From the NCBI GenBank assembly GCA_964187785.1, contig OZ076418.1:36394001-36458000 (forward strand): a DNA stretch of 64,000 nt, in the 5' to 3' direction. The notes beneath the pieces are model-generated. The model ran no database searches, was not told the origin of the DNA, and saw only the letters and a list, made by a program, of their open reading frames with translations. The DNA is from Amphiscolops sp. MND2022. Its lineage: Eukaryota. The position numbers and the translations under genes were made by a program. Position 1 is the stretch's first letter. Each line of letters begins with the position of its first letter. Below, in pieces: positions 24,162 through 35,714 of the stretch.

Positions 24162-25448
24162 TTGTTTCGCATTAATAAGATTGTTTTTAATTTGATATCT
24201 GCTTCCTCCTACGAGTTTTGTTTCAGTGTTTCAATAATGCCTCTCATATCTGCGAATCTGTCTTTGGAGCGTGCCATGAATTTGGCGAGTTCCCGATTCA
24301 CTGGAGTTACTTTGGAGGGAGTGATCAGTCCTCAAGAAGGTTTCGCCAGGACGAAGCTCCCCTGTATACTTCTTCATGTGAAGAAAACGTCCACCCCTGT
24401 TAAGATGTATAGGGTCCGAGAAAAAGCAAAAATAATGGAAGCCGCGTTTCATCGATTCCTGCTTTTCGCAGAGGCTGGCAGCGAAAGAGTGTTCGGCATG
24501 TTCACCAGCAACGACACCGAGACTTCTCAGTTGTTGAGATTTTCGCCTAATCTTCACCCCGGGGCGACGTGTCTACTCCTGAATCCGCGTCATCGAGATG
24601 AAAAGTATCTTCAGGATTCCGACAACGCACTGCTGACGACTGCGGAGCCTCTGGTGCCTATTTTTCTGGAAGATGCGTCAACTGTCCTTCCGAAATACTC
24701 ACCGAAAATGGCAGACTTCCAACATTTCTGTTTCAACACGGTTACACTCGAAGTTCTGTCCGTGTGCACAGTGTCCCATCTGTGCAGTGGAAAATTTTGT
24801 GATGGACAAACATTGAAAGATGCATGTGGTTGTAAAGAAACAGATCTGAAGAAGCATTCTTGGGGTGTAACATTGGAGTTGATATGCGACGAACTGAAAG
24901 GTGAGCGTGTTGGATTCCTCAGCGTGTACTTCACTTCCAAACGTGTTGTATCGTTGTTCACTGATAGCTACAGTTCTCTAACACCTGATACTGACAACTT
25001 TGACGAATTCGACTTTGAAGATGCTGTTTTGAAATGCGTGAAACACCTGAATGAAAACGGTGGCTTCCGAGTACATGGTTGGTTGAAGCCATCCACTGCT
25101 GCAGTTGCTGTAGGTTCTAACAACTCTCCGCTGCACGTAGTGTCCGTTGATGTGATACAGCCGTCTACATTGACAACAAACGCTTATAAGGATTTGCAAT
25201 TCAGAGCAACAGAGCGAATTGTTGTCCAAGACACTCCCGGGACAGTACAAGGTGGCTATGTTGTTCCTCGGCCAAGAACTCCACCAAGTACCTCCCATCA
25301 ACAGGATTCAACTAGTAGCGCTGTTGATGCCAGGACAAGTTCCGCCACCCTCGTCTCCCCTGGATTACCAGCTGGCACAACTAATAATAACATTGATGTA
25401 GCTGGAACTGCAAACGCTGAAGCAATTGGGTCAGCTGGCAACGCTTAG
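24162..25448 (+). CDS. Accessory protein of the Helitron-like element with a C-x4-C-x8-C-x-C motif; likely start ATG 24237 (~403 aa); possibly an OB-fold/Zn-ribbon ssDNA-binding protein
   Basis: Long intact ORF, CSGKFCDGQTLKDACGC at 24783-24833, GGFRVHGW, low-complexity tail, AATAAA at ~25617. The fold assignment is inference. Confidence 0.6.
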   Translation: MFRINKIVFNLISASSYEFCFSVSIMPLISANLSLERAMNLASSRFTGVTLEGVISPQEGFARTKLPCILLHVKKTSTPVKMYRVREKAKIMEAAFHRFLLFAEAGSERVFGMFTSNDTETSQLLRFSPNLHPGATCLLLNPRHRDEKYLQDSDNALLTTAEPLVPIFLEDASTVLPKYSPKMADFQHFCFNTVTLEVLSVCTVSHLCSGKFCDGQTLKDACGCKETDLKKHSWGVTLELICDELKGERVGFLSVYFTSKRVVSLFTDSYSSLTPDTDNFDEFDFEDAVLKCVKHLNENGGFRVHGWLKPSTAAVAVGSNNSPLHVVSVDVIQPSTLTTNAYKDLQFRATERIVVQDTPGTVQGGYVVPRPRTPPSTSHQQDSTSSAVDARTSSATLVSPGLPAGTTNNNIDVAGTANAEAIGSAGNA

Positions 25449-25943
25449 CCAAATTAGTATGAAATCAGGTCTGAGCACCAGCTCGGCTTGCCAAGTGTGA
25501 ATTTCAATCTGTTACATTTAAGAGGTCTGCTATTTCGCGACCCATGAAAATGAAAAAAACGTCTTTCTTTTCTACCAAAACTCTTTTGTTATTGTGCTGT
25601 TGATGAAACTCGAATGAATAAAAGCAGCATTACAGTATAACTTTTCCATTACAATCAGCTGTTTGATATATGAATAGAAGAACATAATTTATTTTGCGTT
25701 CATACTATTGATTGAATTCAAGATCTGAAGTTTGCGTTATCTTTGACTTTTCATTAAAATAAAAAACCTTCATCAAGTTTTCATCCAGTGACATAGAATA
25801 GGGTTAAGTTCGAACAGTTCTCAATCAAATTAAACCTGAAACGTGTAATAAAATACAGATACAATATGAAGCAAAAATTATACCATAGTAATTAAACAAA
25901 TTTTAGAATAACACCTCGTATACTCCACTGCTTTCACCGCTAG

Positions 25944-27217
25944 GTGGCCGGAAATTTTTTTTTTCAGCAAAATCTTTGCCATTGGGGGAGGGGCCCCGGA
26001 TGGCCAGTAGTACGGCATAGCTCCCTACAGAATCCAGGCGGAAAAAACGTGATTTCGGAAACTAGCCGTCAGAATTTGCTCAAAATTTGCATACGGCTTC
26101 CTATAACAATCCTAAGAACTAATCCCTACTGGCATTTTGCCCAAAAAACGCAAAAAGTTGGTCAAAATCTTAGTTTTTTGGTCAAAAAATGGCGTTTTTT
26201 CGAAAAAATTTTTTTTCAGAGACAATTACTCGTAACTGGTTCACCCAGCGCAAAAACGCCTAGCTGATTTATTGTTGGGCACTTCATGAGGAGTGCGTAT
26301 ACAAATTTTCGTCCAAATCGGATAAAAGTTAATTGAGAAATAATTGAAAATTTGAGGCATTTTTTTGGAAATTTTTGAAATCCCAGTCTATCTCTGCCGT
26401 TTTTTGCCCAGATTTTTTTCCAGACACTCTCCTAAAGACCTCCCCTGGCCGGTTTACCTCCCAGCAAAACCATTTGGCCCTAAATACGGAGTTTCAGCAT
26501 TCCAGCAAACCCCGGGTAAAAGATAAATGTCTTAGAATTTTTTCGAAAATTTTCCAAAAAATTTTTTTTTTCAAATACAGGCCTCCTAAAATCAAGAAAC
26601 TTCCACACAACTAGGATTGCAAGTGATAGCATGTGGAAAGTGCTTGAATGGACGAGAAAAATGAGCTATTATACGACTCTGTAGCTTAACCTGACGTTGA
26701 CTTATGATAATTTTAGTGTGAGCTTCGTATGTGCTGTAAAAATCAACAAAACCTAAAAGTCTTTTAAAAGTAATCAGATTACGTCCAATCAACCCCAGAG
26801 CTGTTATATTGCCGTTGTGTAGTAGAGCAACACCATTCAGAGTGTTTTGACCCATTTTGATAAGTTTTGATACCGTCTTGTTCATCTGATAGCACAAAAC
26901 AGCTGAGTACATTCCATCCCCCCCCTTGTGGGGGAGATGAGAATGTACTCGCTAAAAGTCAGGTACTATAGCACCCATTTTGTTTTATTCGACGCTAGTG
27001 ATGCTATTGCACCCGAATACAATAGTGTTGTCAAATCATGTTTGACATGATGAATCTTACTATACCTTTAGTGTACGTTAACCTACTACTACAACATCGC
27101 ATCCCTGACGTCAACGCCACACACTCTCACTAACGCCCACCGTCCGTGGGCATGCCGAGGCATGCCCTTCGACGACGTATGCCAAATAGCGCCACAGGGC
27201 GCAAACTTGTCCGCTAG
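25944..27217 (+). mobile_element. Unit U7 (family D), 1,274 bp
   Basis: Body matches the 5' region of U6. Hairpin at 26905-26950, palindrome at 27148-27167, GCGCC-ACAG-GGCGC hairpin 11 nt before CTAG. Confidence 0.72.
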
Positions 27218-28287
27218 GTGGTCAAGGGGGATGCCCATCAGAAAATATTGCGAGGCCGGGGAGGGTCCCGAGAGCCGAGCACATTCTATCAATTCCTACC
27301 TTCAGGATTGCGAAGTATTTTAACCGATCTCGAAATTCACCCGTAGGATTTGTCTGAAACTTTGCATGTGGCTTTATCTCAAAAATTTAAGAACTTTTTT
27401 CTGCTGACGTTTTTCCAGGAAAATTCATTTTGTAGGGTTTTTTTGCGTTTTTTTGGTTTTTTTCATCTTTGTTCATCTTTGATTAATCAATGACCGAATC
27501 AAAGGCCATTTTCACCATGAAGGAAAGCCCGTAGCGGCAAAGTGCACTTTTATGAAAATCATCAACGGTCAACGGTCTTTCGAACGGTCCAAAAAAATTT
27601 CCCCCCGGGGGCAACCAAAGTGCCGAAAAGTGCCAAATTTATTTTTTTGACTGAATCACTTTGATCAAATTGATGATTTGAGCAGCCAGAACGGTCCGCA
27701 CGGTCTCGGACAATAAGGTCAAAAATTGTCAGCATCCAATGGGGGTTCCAAAAATGTAATTCGTTCACCTGTAGGAGACATCTGAAAAAAGTTGATTTTT
27801 TGGAGTTTTGGCATTATGACTGATCGGATGATAAATCATTGCATCACGTTGAGTTGCATTTGATGCAGCACACGAAGCAGCTGCAGCGAACTTGAAACTA
27901 CTTAGGGGGTTGTGGTTTACTATCTGTAACAAGCAAAATATCCCTTGGGCAAAAGGTATGCCAAAAAGTGCCTCAAAGTTTTAATTAAGTTGTTGCAAAT
28001 CGGCTAGCAAAATTCATTGTCACCGGTGTTCCGTGAGTTGCGCAGCATCTCGCGGGAACAACGGTGCTTGTTTCGAACGCAAAACCCAACATACCTCTTT
28101 GGTGACGTGACGGAGGTCACCATTAGCCTTTTTCGGCAGTGTGATGATATTTTTTTTGTTGAATTGTGAAAAACATACACAAAAGATTTAGCGTGGGATA
28201 TTTGTTTGTGTCATACTTCAGTAACAAACTTTCAACCGTTTTGCTTAGGCCTCTACCTAGCAGTGCTCTAAATCGCTCCATCGCTAG
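27218..28287 (+). mobile_element. Unit U8 (family B), 1,070 bp
   Basis: 5' half near-identical to U5; B-type end. Confidence 0.75.
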
Positions 28288-29360
28288 GTGGTTGGGGCGT
28301 TATTCCCCACGAAGTTCGCGGCCGCGGGAGACGGGCCCCGCGGACCGCCCATCCAATGCAAAAATATACACTCTAAACAGCACCATTATAAACACGATCT
28401 CGAAAATGAACCGTAGGATTGTCTTGAAATTTTGCACACGGATAGAAGAGAAAATTTTAAGAACTTTTTCCTGCTACTTTTCCGAAAAAAATGTCCTTCA
28501 TGGGTTTTTTTGGGTTTTTTTGGTTTTTTCTCATCTTTCTCATCTTTGATTAATCAATCACCGAATCAAAGGCCATTTTCAGCATGAAGGAATGCCCGTA
28601 GCAGCAAAGTGCACTTTTACAAAAATCATCAACGGTCAACGGTCTTTCGAACGGTCCAAAAAAATTTCCACCCGGGGGCATCCAAAGTGCCGAATAGTGC
28701 CAAAATATTTTTTTGGTCTGAATCATTTTGATGAAATTGTTGATTCGAGCAGCAGGAACGGTCCGCACGGTCTCAAATTGTAAGGGCAAAAATTGTCAGC
28801 GTTCAATGGCTGTTCCAAAAATATAAGTCAGTCACCTGTAGGAGTTGTAACAAAAAATCGATTTTTGGGTAATATGGCATGTTGAGTGGTTGGATGAGAA
28901 ATACCCGTAACATGTTGAGTTTGATTTGATGCAGCAGTGGTTGCAGCTGCAGCAAACGTGAAAATGATAAAAGGGCTGGGATATATCACATGCACAAACC
29001 AATGTTTCCATGGGGCTTTCCTTGTGCCGCAAAATGCCTCAATGCGATCATTATGTTTTTCCAAATGGGGTCGCAAAACTAATTGTCACCGGTGTTCCTA
29101 GCGTTGCGCAGCAACTCGCAGGAACAACGGGGCTCTCCGAACGCAAAGCGCAAGGCGCCCTTTCGTTGATTTGACGGCAGTCGCAGTTGATATTTTTTTG
29201 AATAAGTGATGAGATGTATCGTTGAATCCCAGAACATGTAACAAAAAAAAGGAAGGTGGAATTTCAACACTTTGGTTTGTTGCTGATTTCACGTAAGCAG
29301 CAAACCTAATCAGCAACTCCTAAACTCCTCTCTCGTGGTTTGTTTAGCCTCCAGCGCTAG
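28288..29360 (+). mobile_element. Unit U9 (family A), 1,073 bp
   Basis: A-type start, body and end. Confidence 0.75.
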
Positions 29361-30420
29361 GTGGTCGGGTGTTTTACCATCATAGAGTAGTGCGAGGCCG
29401 GGTAGGGTCCCGTGACGAGCTTGAAGAATAGCCTGCTAAAAATATACATGTTGGGGGGGGGGTCTACGGAGACGATCTCGAAAATGAACCGTTAGAATTT
29501 ATTCAAACTTTGCATACGGACATAGAATCAAAATGTAAGAACTTTTTCCTACTGGCACTTTTCGCTCCAAACCCTGTGACGGAAGTTATGAGCAAATGTA
29601 TGTCGAAATCACCCATTTTTCGCATCTTTTCAGTCGCTGCTCCTCAGCCATTGGAGCCAATAGGCCGAAACTTTTTGTGTGAGGTACAAATGAAGTGGGC
29701 TACAAGATGGCCAAAAATTTTTGGCCAGGTCCTAATACAACGGGAGATATGATAGAAAATATACACCAAAAAAGGTGATTTTTTGACACTTTTTATCATG
29801 ACTTCCGAAGTGCCCAATGGAATAGGTAGTGCCTATGGATAAAAATGAATGGTTTTATCTTTAATCGAAAGAGGAAAAAATTTTGGTTTTTTTGGCCAAA
29901 AAAAAAGTTCTACAAAAGTTCTACAAAAATTCGAAAAATTTAGAATTTTTCCAAAAAAAAAGTTTTTTCGTCTTTTTTGATGTTTTTTCACATTTTGAGG
30001 TCAAAAATGAGGTACCCGAGCACTTACGCTGACTTTTTAGGGGAATTTGACACATTTAATTTTTATTTTTGGTTAATGATTACACTTTTAAAGTTTTAAT
30101 CCCAAATTACTGCAATCTTTTCTCAGTTGTTGGAATTCTATGTTTTTTGTTAAATGACATGTAGAAAGATCGCCAATGTTCCGGGAGAACGCGAAGCGTT
30201 TCGGAGGAAGATTGGCGACAAACGATAAAAGTCTGTGCAACTTATGTGCTTCCAATGAGGTGCTTGGTAGAATTATCAAGATGAAATAATAACTTTTTTG
30301 AGGTAGTTTGTTGTGAAATGAAAACGATTAAAGTTTACAATTTTAAGTTGCACCAACTTCAGTTTCAATCAAGTACTGTCTGAATAGGCCTTACTGGTAG
30401 TTGGTACCTGCCTCCACTGG
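29361..30420 (+). mobile_element. Unit U10 (family C), 1,060 bp
   Basis: Start GTGGTCGGGTGTTTTACC, end GGTACCTGCCTCCACTGG. Confidence 0.75.
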
Positions 30421-31481
30421 GTGGTCGGGTGTTTTACCTTTACAGAGTAGTGCGAGGCCGGGTAGGGTCCCGTGACGAGCTTGAAGAATAGCCTGCTAAA
30501 AATATACATGTTGGGGGGGGGGGTCTACGGAGACGATCTCGAAAATGAACCGTTAGAATTTATTCAAACTTTGCATGCGGACATAGAATCAAAATGTAAG
30601 AACTTTTTCCTACTGGCACTTTTCGCTCCATACCCTCTGACGGAAGTTATGAGCAAATGTATGTCGAAATCACCCATTTTTCGCATCTTTTCAGTCGCTG
30701 CTCCTCAGCCATTGGAGCCAATAGGCCGAAACTTTTTGTGTGAGGTACAAATGAAGTGGGCTACAAGATGGCCAAAAATTTTTGGCCAGGTCCTAATACA
30801 TCGGGAAATATGATAGAAAATATACACCAAAAAAGGTGATTTTTTGACACTTTTTATCATGACTTCCGAAGTGCCCAATGGAATAGGTAGTGCCTATGGA
30901 TAAAAATGAATGGTTTTATGTTTAATCGAAAGAGGAAAAAATTTTGGTTTTTTTGGCCGAAAAAAAAGTTCTACAAAAGTTCTACAAAAATTCGAAAAAT
31001 TTAGAATTTTTCCAAAAAAAAGGTTTTTTTGTCTTTTTTGATGTTTTTTCACATTTTGAGGTCAAAAATGAGGTACCCGAGCACTTACGCTGACTTTTTA
31101 GGGGAATTTGACACATTTAATTTTTATTTTTGGTTAATGATTACACTTTTAAAGTTTTAATCCCAAATTACTGCAATCTTTTCTCAGTTGTTGGAATTCT
31201 ATGTTTTTTGTTAAATGACATGTAGAAAGATCGCCGATGTTCCGGAAGAACGCGAAGCGTTTCGGAGGAAGATTGGCGACAAACGATAAAAGTCTGTGCA
31301 ACTTATGTGCTTCCAATGAGGTGTTTGGTAGAATTATCAAGATGAAAAAATAACTTTTTTGAGTTAGTTTGTTGTGAAATGAAAACGATTAAAGTTTACA
31401 ATTTTAAGTTACACCAATTTCAGTTTCAATCAAGTATTGTCTGAATAGGCCTTACTGGTAGTTGGTACCTGCCTCCACTGG
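30421..31481 (+). mobile_element. Unit U11 (family C), 1,061 bp
   Basis: C-type start and end; near-identical to U13. Confidence 0.75.
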
Positions 31482-32549
31482 GTGGTTGGGGCGGTACCCC
31501 ACAAAGTTCGCGGCCGCGGGGAGGGCCCCGACTGGCCGCGCTTAGAGTGCAAGATTTATACCTACCGCAAGTGGGCAAAAAAGTATCGAAATCGGAAATG
31601 AACCGTAGGATTTCCTTGAAACTTTGCACACAGGTAAAAGAGCAAATTCTAAGAACTTTTTCCTGCTGGCACTTTTCCGAAAAAAATGTCCTTCATGGGT
31701 TTTTTTGGGTTTTTTTGGTTTTTTCTCATCTTTCTCATCTTTGATTAATCAATCACCGAATCAAAGGCCATTTTAAGCATAAAGGAATGCCCGTAGCGGC
31801 AAAGTGCACTTTTATGAAAATCATCAACGGTCAACGGTCTTTCGAACGGTCCAAAAAAATTTTCCCCCGGGGGCATCCAAAGTGCCGAAAAGTGCCAAAA
31901 TATTTTTTTTGTTTGAATCATTTTGATGAAATTGTTGATTTGAGCAGCCGGAACGGTCCGCACGGTCTCAGATCATATGGGTAAAAATTGTCAGCGTTCA
32001 ATGGTTGTTCCAAAAATATAATTGGTTCGCCTGTAGGGGCTGTAACAAAAAAATTGATTTTTGGGTAATATGGCATGTTGAGTGGTTGGATGAGAATTAC
32101 CCGTAACATGTTGAGTTGGATTTGATGCAGCACTGGTTGCAGCTGCAGCAAACGTGAAAATGATAAAAGGGCTGGGATATATCACATGCACAAACCAATG
32201 TTGCCCTGGGGCATTTGTTATGCCAAAAAATGCCTCAAAGCGATCATTATGTTTTTCCAAATGGGGTCGCAAAATTAATTGTCACCCGTGTTCCTAGCGT
32301 TGCGGAGCAACTCGCAGGAACAACGGGGCTCTCTGAACGGAAAGCACAAGGTGCCCTTTCGTTGATTTGACGGCAGTCACAGTTGATAATTTTATGAATA
32401 AGTGATGAGATGTATCGTTGAATCCCAGAACATTTAACAAAAAAAGGTAGCTGGAATTTCAACACATTAGTTTGTTGCTGATTACACGTAAGCAGCAAAC
32501 TTTATCAGAAACTCCCCCCTCTCGTGGTTTGTTTAGCCTCCAGCGCTAG
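31482..32549 (+). mobile_element. Unit U12 (family A), 1,068 bp
   Basis: A-type start, body and end, with a distinct sequence after hairpin 2. Confidence 0.75.
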
Positions 32550-33609
32550 GTGGTCGGGTGTTTTACCTTTACAGAGTAGTGCGAGGCCGGGTAGGGTCCC
32601 GTGACGAGCTTGAAGAATAGCCTGCTAAAAATATACATGTTGGGGGGGGGGTCTACGGAGACGATCTCGAAAATGAACCGTTAGAATTTATTCAAACTTT
32701 GCATGCGGACATAGAATCAAAATGTAAGAACTTTTTCCTACTGGCACTTTTCGCTCCATACCCTCTGACGGAAGTTATGAGCAAATGTATGTCGAAATCA
32801 CCCATTTTTCGCATCTTTTCAGTCGCTGCTCCTCAGCCATTGGAGCCAATAGGCCGAAACTTTTTGTGTGAGGTACAAATGAAGTGGGCTACAAGATGGC
32901 CAAAAATTTTTGGCCAGGTCCTAATACATCGGGAAATATGATAGAAAATATACACCAAAAAAGGTGATTTTTTGACACTTTTTATCATGACTTCCGAAGT
33001 GCCCAATGGAATAGGTAGTGCCTATGGATAAAAATGAATGGTTTTATGTTTAATCGAAAGAGGAAAAAATTTTGGTTTTTTTGGCCGAAAAAAAAGTTCT
33101 ACAAAAGTTCTACAAAAATTCGAAAAATTTAGAATTTTTCCAAAAAAAAGGTTTTTTTGTCTTTTTTGATGTTTTTTCACATTTTGAGGTCAAAAATGAG
33201 GTACCCGAGCACTTACGCTGACTTTTTAGGGGAATTTGACACATTTAATTTTTATTTTTGGTTAATGATTACACTTTTAAAGTTTTAATCCCAAATTACT
33301 GCAATCTTTTCTCAGTTGTTGGAATTCTATGTTTTTTGTTAAATGACATGTAGAAAGATCGCCGATGTTCCGGAAGAACGCGAAGCGTTTCGGAGGAAGA
33401 TTGGCGACAAACGATAAAAGTCTGTGCAACTTATGTGCTTCCAATGAGGTGTTTGGTAGAATTATCAAGATGAAAAAATAACTTTTTTGAGTTAGTTTGT
33501 TGTGAAATGAAAACGATTAAAGTTTACAATTTTAAGTTACACCAATTTCAGTTTCAATCAAGTATTGTCTGAATAGGCCTTACTGGTAGTTGGTACCTGC
33601 CTCCACTGG
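32550..33609 (+). mobile_element. Unit U13 (family C), 1,060 bp
   Basis: C-type start and end; near-identical to U11. Confidence 0.75.
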
Positions 33610-34678
33610 GTGGTCCGGGCATATCAGCCCTCAAAAAAATTTTGCGAGCCGGGGGAGGGGCCCCGAGCCGAGCCCATCATATCATCTATTACAAACCCCG
33701 ATCAGGGGTGCTCCGGAGACGATTTCGAAAATGAACCATTGGATTTGGCTGAAAACTTGCACACAGATAGAAGAGCAAATTCTAAGAACTTTTTCCTGCT
33801 GACGTTTTTTTGGGAAAATTCATTTTCGAGGGTTTTTTTTGCGTTTTTTTGGTTTTTTTAACCTTTTTTAACATTGATTAATCAATCACCGAATCAAAGG
33901 CCATTTTCACCTTGAAGGAATACCGATAGCGGCAAAGTGCACTTTTATGAAAATCATCAACGGTCAACGGTCTTTCGAACGGTGCAAAAAATTTCCCCCG
34001 GGGGGCAACCAAAGTGCCGAAAAGTGCCAAAATAATTTTTTTGACTGAATCACTATCATCAAATCACTGATTTGAGAAGCCGGAACGGTCCGCACGGTCT
34101 CTGACAATAAGGTCAAAAATTATCAGCATTCAATGGCGGTTTCAAAAACATAATTCATACACCTGGGGGGATCATAATTAAAAATTCGATTTTTGGGGTG
34201 TATGTCATTATGAGTGATTGGATGAGAATTAATTGTATCACTTTGAGTTGGATATGATGCAGTACTGGAAGCAGCTGCAGCAAACTTGAAACTGATTAGG
34301 GGGTTGGGGTGTACCTTCTGTACCAAGCAAAACAGCCCTAGGGCATAAGTTATGCCAAAAAATGCCTTAAAGTGATAATTAAGTTTTTGCAAATCGGTTA
34401 GCAAAATTCTTTGTCACCGGTGTTCCGAGGGTTGCGCAGCATCTCGAGGGAACAACGGTGCTTGCTTAGAAGGCAAAAAGCCTCAGTATACCTTTTTGTT
34501 ATGTTGACGGCAGCCACCATAGACATTTACTTGGCAGGGTGATGATATTTATCGTTGAATCCCGGAATAACTTACACAAAAGTGCCAGATTCAATTTTTT
34601 TTCATAATCCATTAGCAAAAGTTGTGCCGTTTTGTTTAGGCCTTTTACTAGCAGTGCTCTAAATCGCTCCATCGCTAG
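33610..34678 (+). mobile_element. Unit U14 (family B, diverged), 1,069 bp
   Basis: B-type body and end CGCTCCATCGCTAG. Confidence 0.72.
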
Positions 34679-35714
34679 GTGGTCACGGGTATACCCTACC
34701 ATAATTTTGGCGAGGCGGGGGAGGGGCCCCGTGTCCGAGCACCATGCTGTCAGATATCTATCTAGAGTGAGGGGTCCAGAAAAACAGCGATTTTGGAATT
34801 GAGCCATACGATTTGAATGAAACTTTGTGTGTAGGTAGATCTCAAAATTATAAGAACTTTTTTCTCCTGGCAAAACATGGTTGGAACATTGTGTCGGAAG
34901 TTATGAGCAAATGATCGGTTTTTTTCACCTATTATCGGCATGTTTACGCCTCGGTACAACCAGCCTGTGGATACAATTGGCTGAAACTTTGCATGCGAGG
35001 CATAAATGAAGAAAAGTGTTTGCATGTCAAAAATCGTTAGGCTGCTGATACTAGGCTGGGAGATAAAAGTGGAAATATAAACGGAAAATTGTGAAAAACC
35101 CGGTCATTGCGTCATAACTTCCGAACTTTTGTATTGATTGTGTTTACTTCAGCGGTAGCAGTACTTTGGAGGTACTTTCATCATCACGTGGTCAGGATAA
35201 AAAATAAAAAATAAAAAAGTTCTCCAAAAGTTCTACAAAAATTCTAAAATTGACGAATTTTTCAAAAAAAAAGATTTTCTCGTTTTTCGATGATTTCTTA
35301 CATTTTGAGCACGAAAATGACGTAACCCTGCACTTACGATGACTACTTGAAGGTTTTTCACATACCTCTTCCTCAATGAGTGGTCACTTTACAGAAGTAA
35401 TTGTTCTTTTGTTAGAAGTCCCGCCATTGTTTGTGGAAAAAAAGTTTAAGAAACAACTTCTCCGTTGTTCCTGAGAAATGCGAAGCAGTTCGCAGGAACA
35501 ACGGATAGAAATAACAAAGTACCAGGGTGGTTGGAATGAGAGATATGTAATCATTCGTTAAACTGATGAAAAACAGAGTTTTCATCAGTAGAAAATACGA
35601 ATAACGTTTCCACGGATGTTACTTAAAGTAAACATTACTGGTAACATGATTTAAAATGGAGTTTCACGGAAGCCGCCCGCCCACTCTGGTAATTAGTTTC
35701 CTTGCCTCCACTGG
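34679..35714 (+). mobile_element. Unit U15 (family C, diverged subtype), 1,036 bp
   Basis: Shares GGAAGTTATGAGCAAATG, AAAAGTTCTACAAAA and the GCCTCCACTGG end with C units. Confidence 0.72.

Larger units (their letters stand above)
12491..25943 (+). mobile_element. Unit U6: candidate autonomous Helitron-like element (13,453 bp) with a family-D 5' end and three ORFs
   Basis: Starts at a standard junction with both hairpins and the core (~12605), D-type body to ~13810, then ORF263, RepHel and ORF428, ending TTCACCGCTAG|GTGG. Confidence 0.75.

Noticed and set aside
28288-33609. A-C-C-A-C as a simple segmental duplication
   Set aside because: U9 and U12 differ clearly after hairpin 2, and U13 matches U11 rather than U10, so the A-C pairs are not copies of each other.
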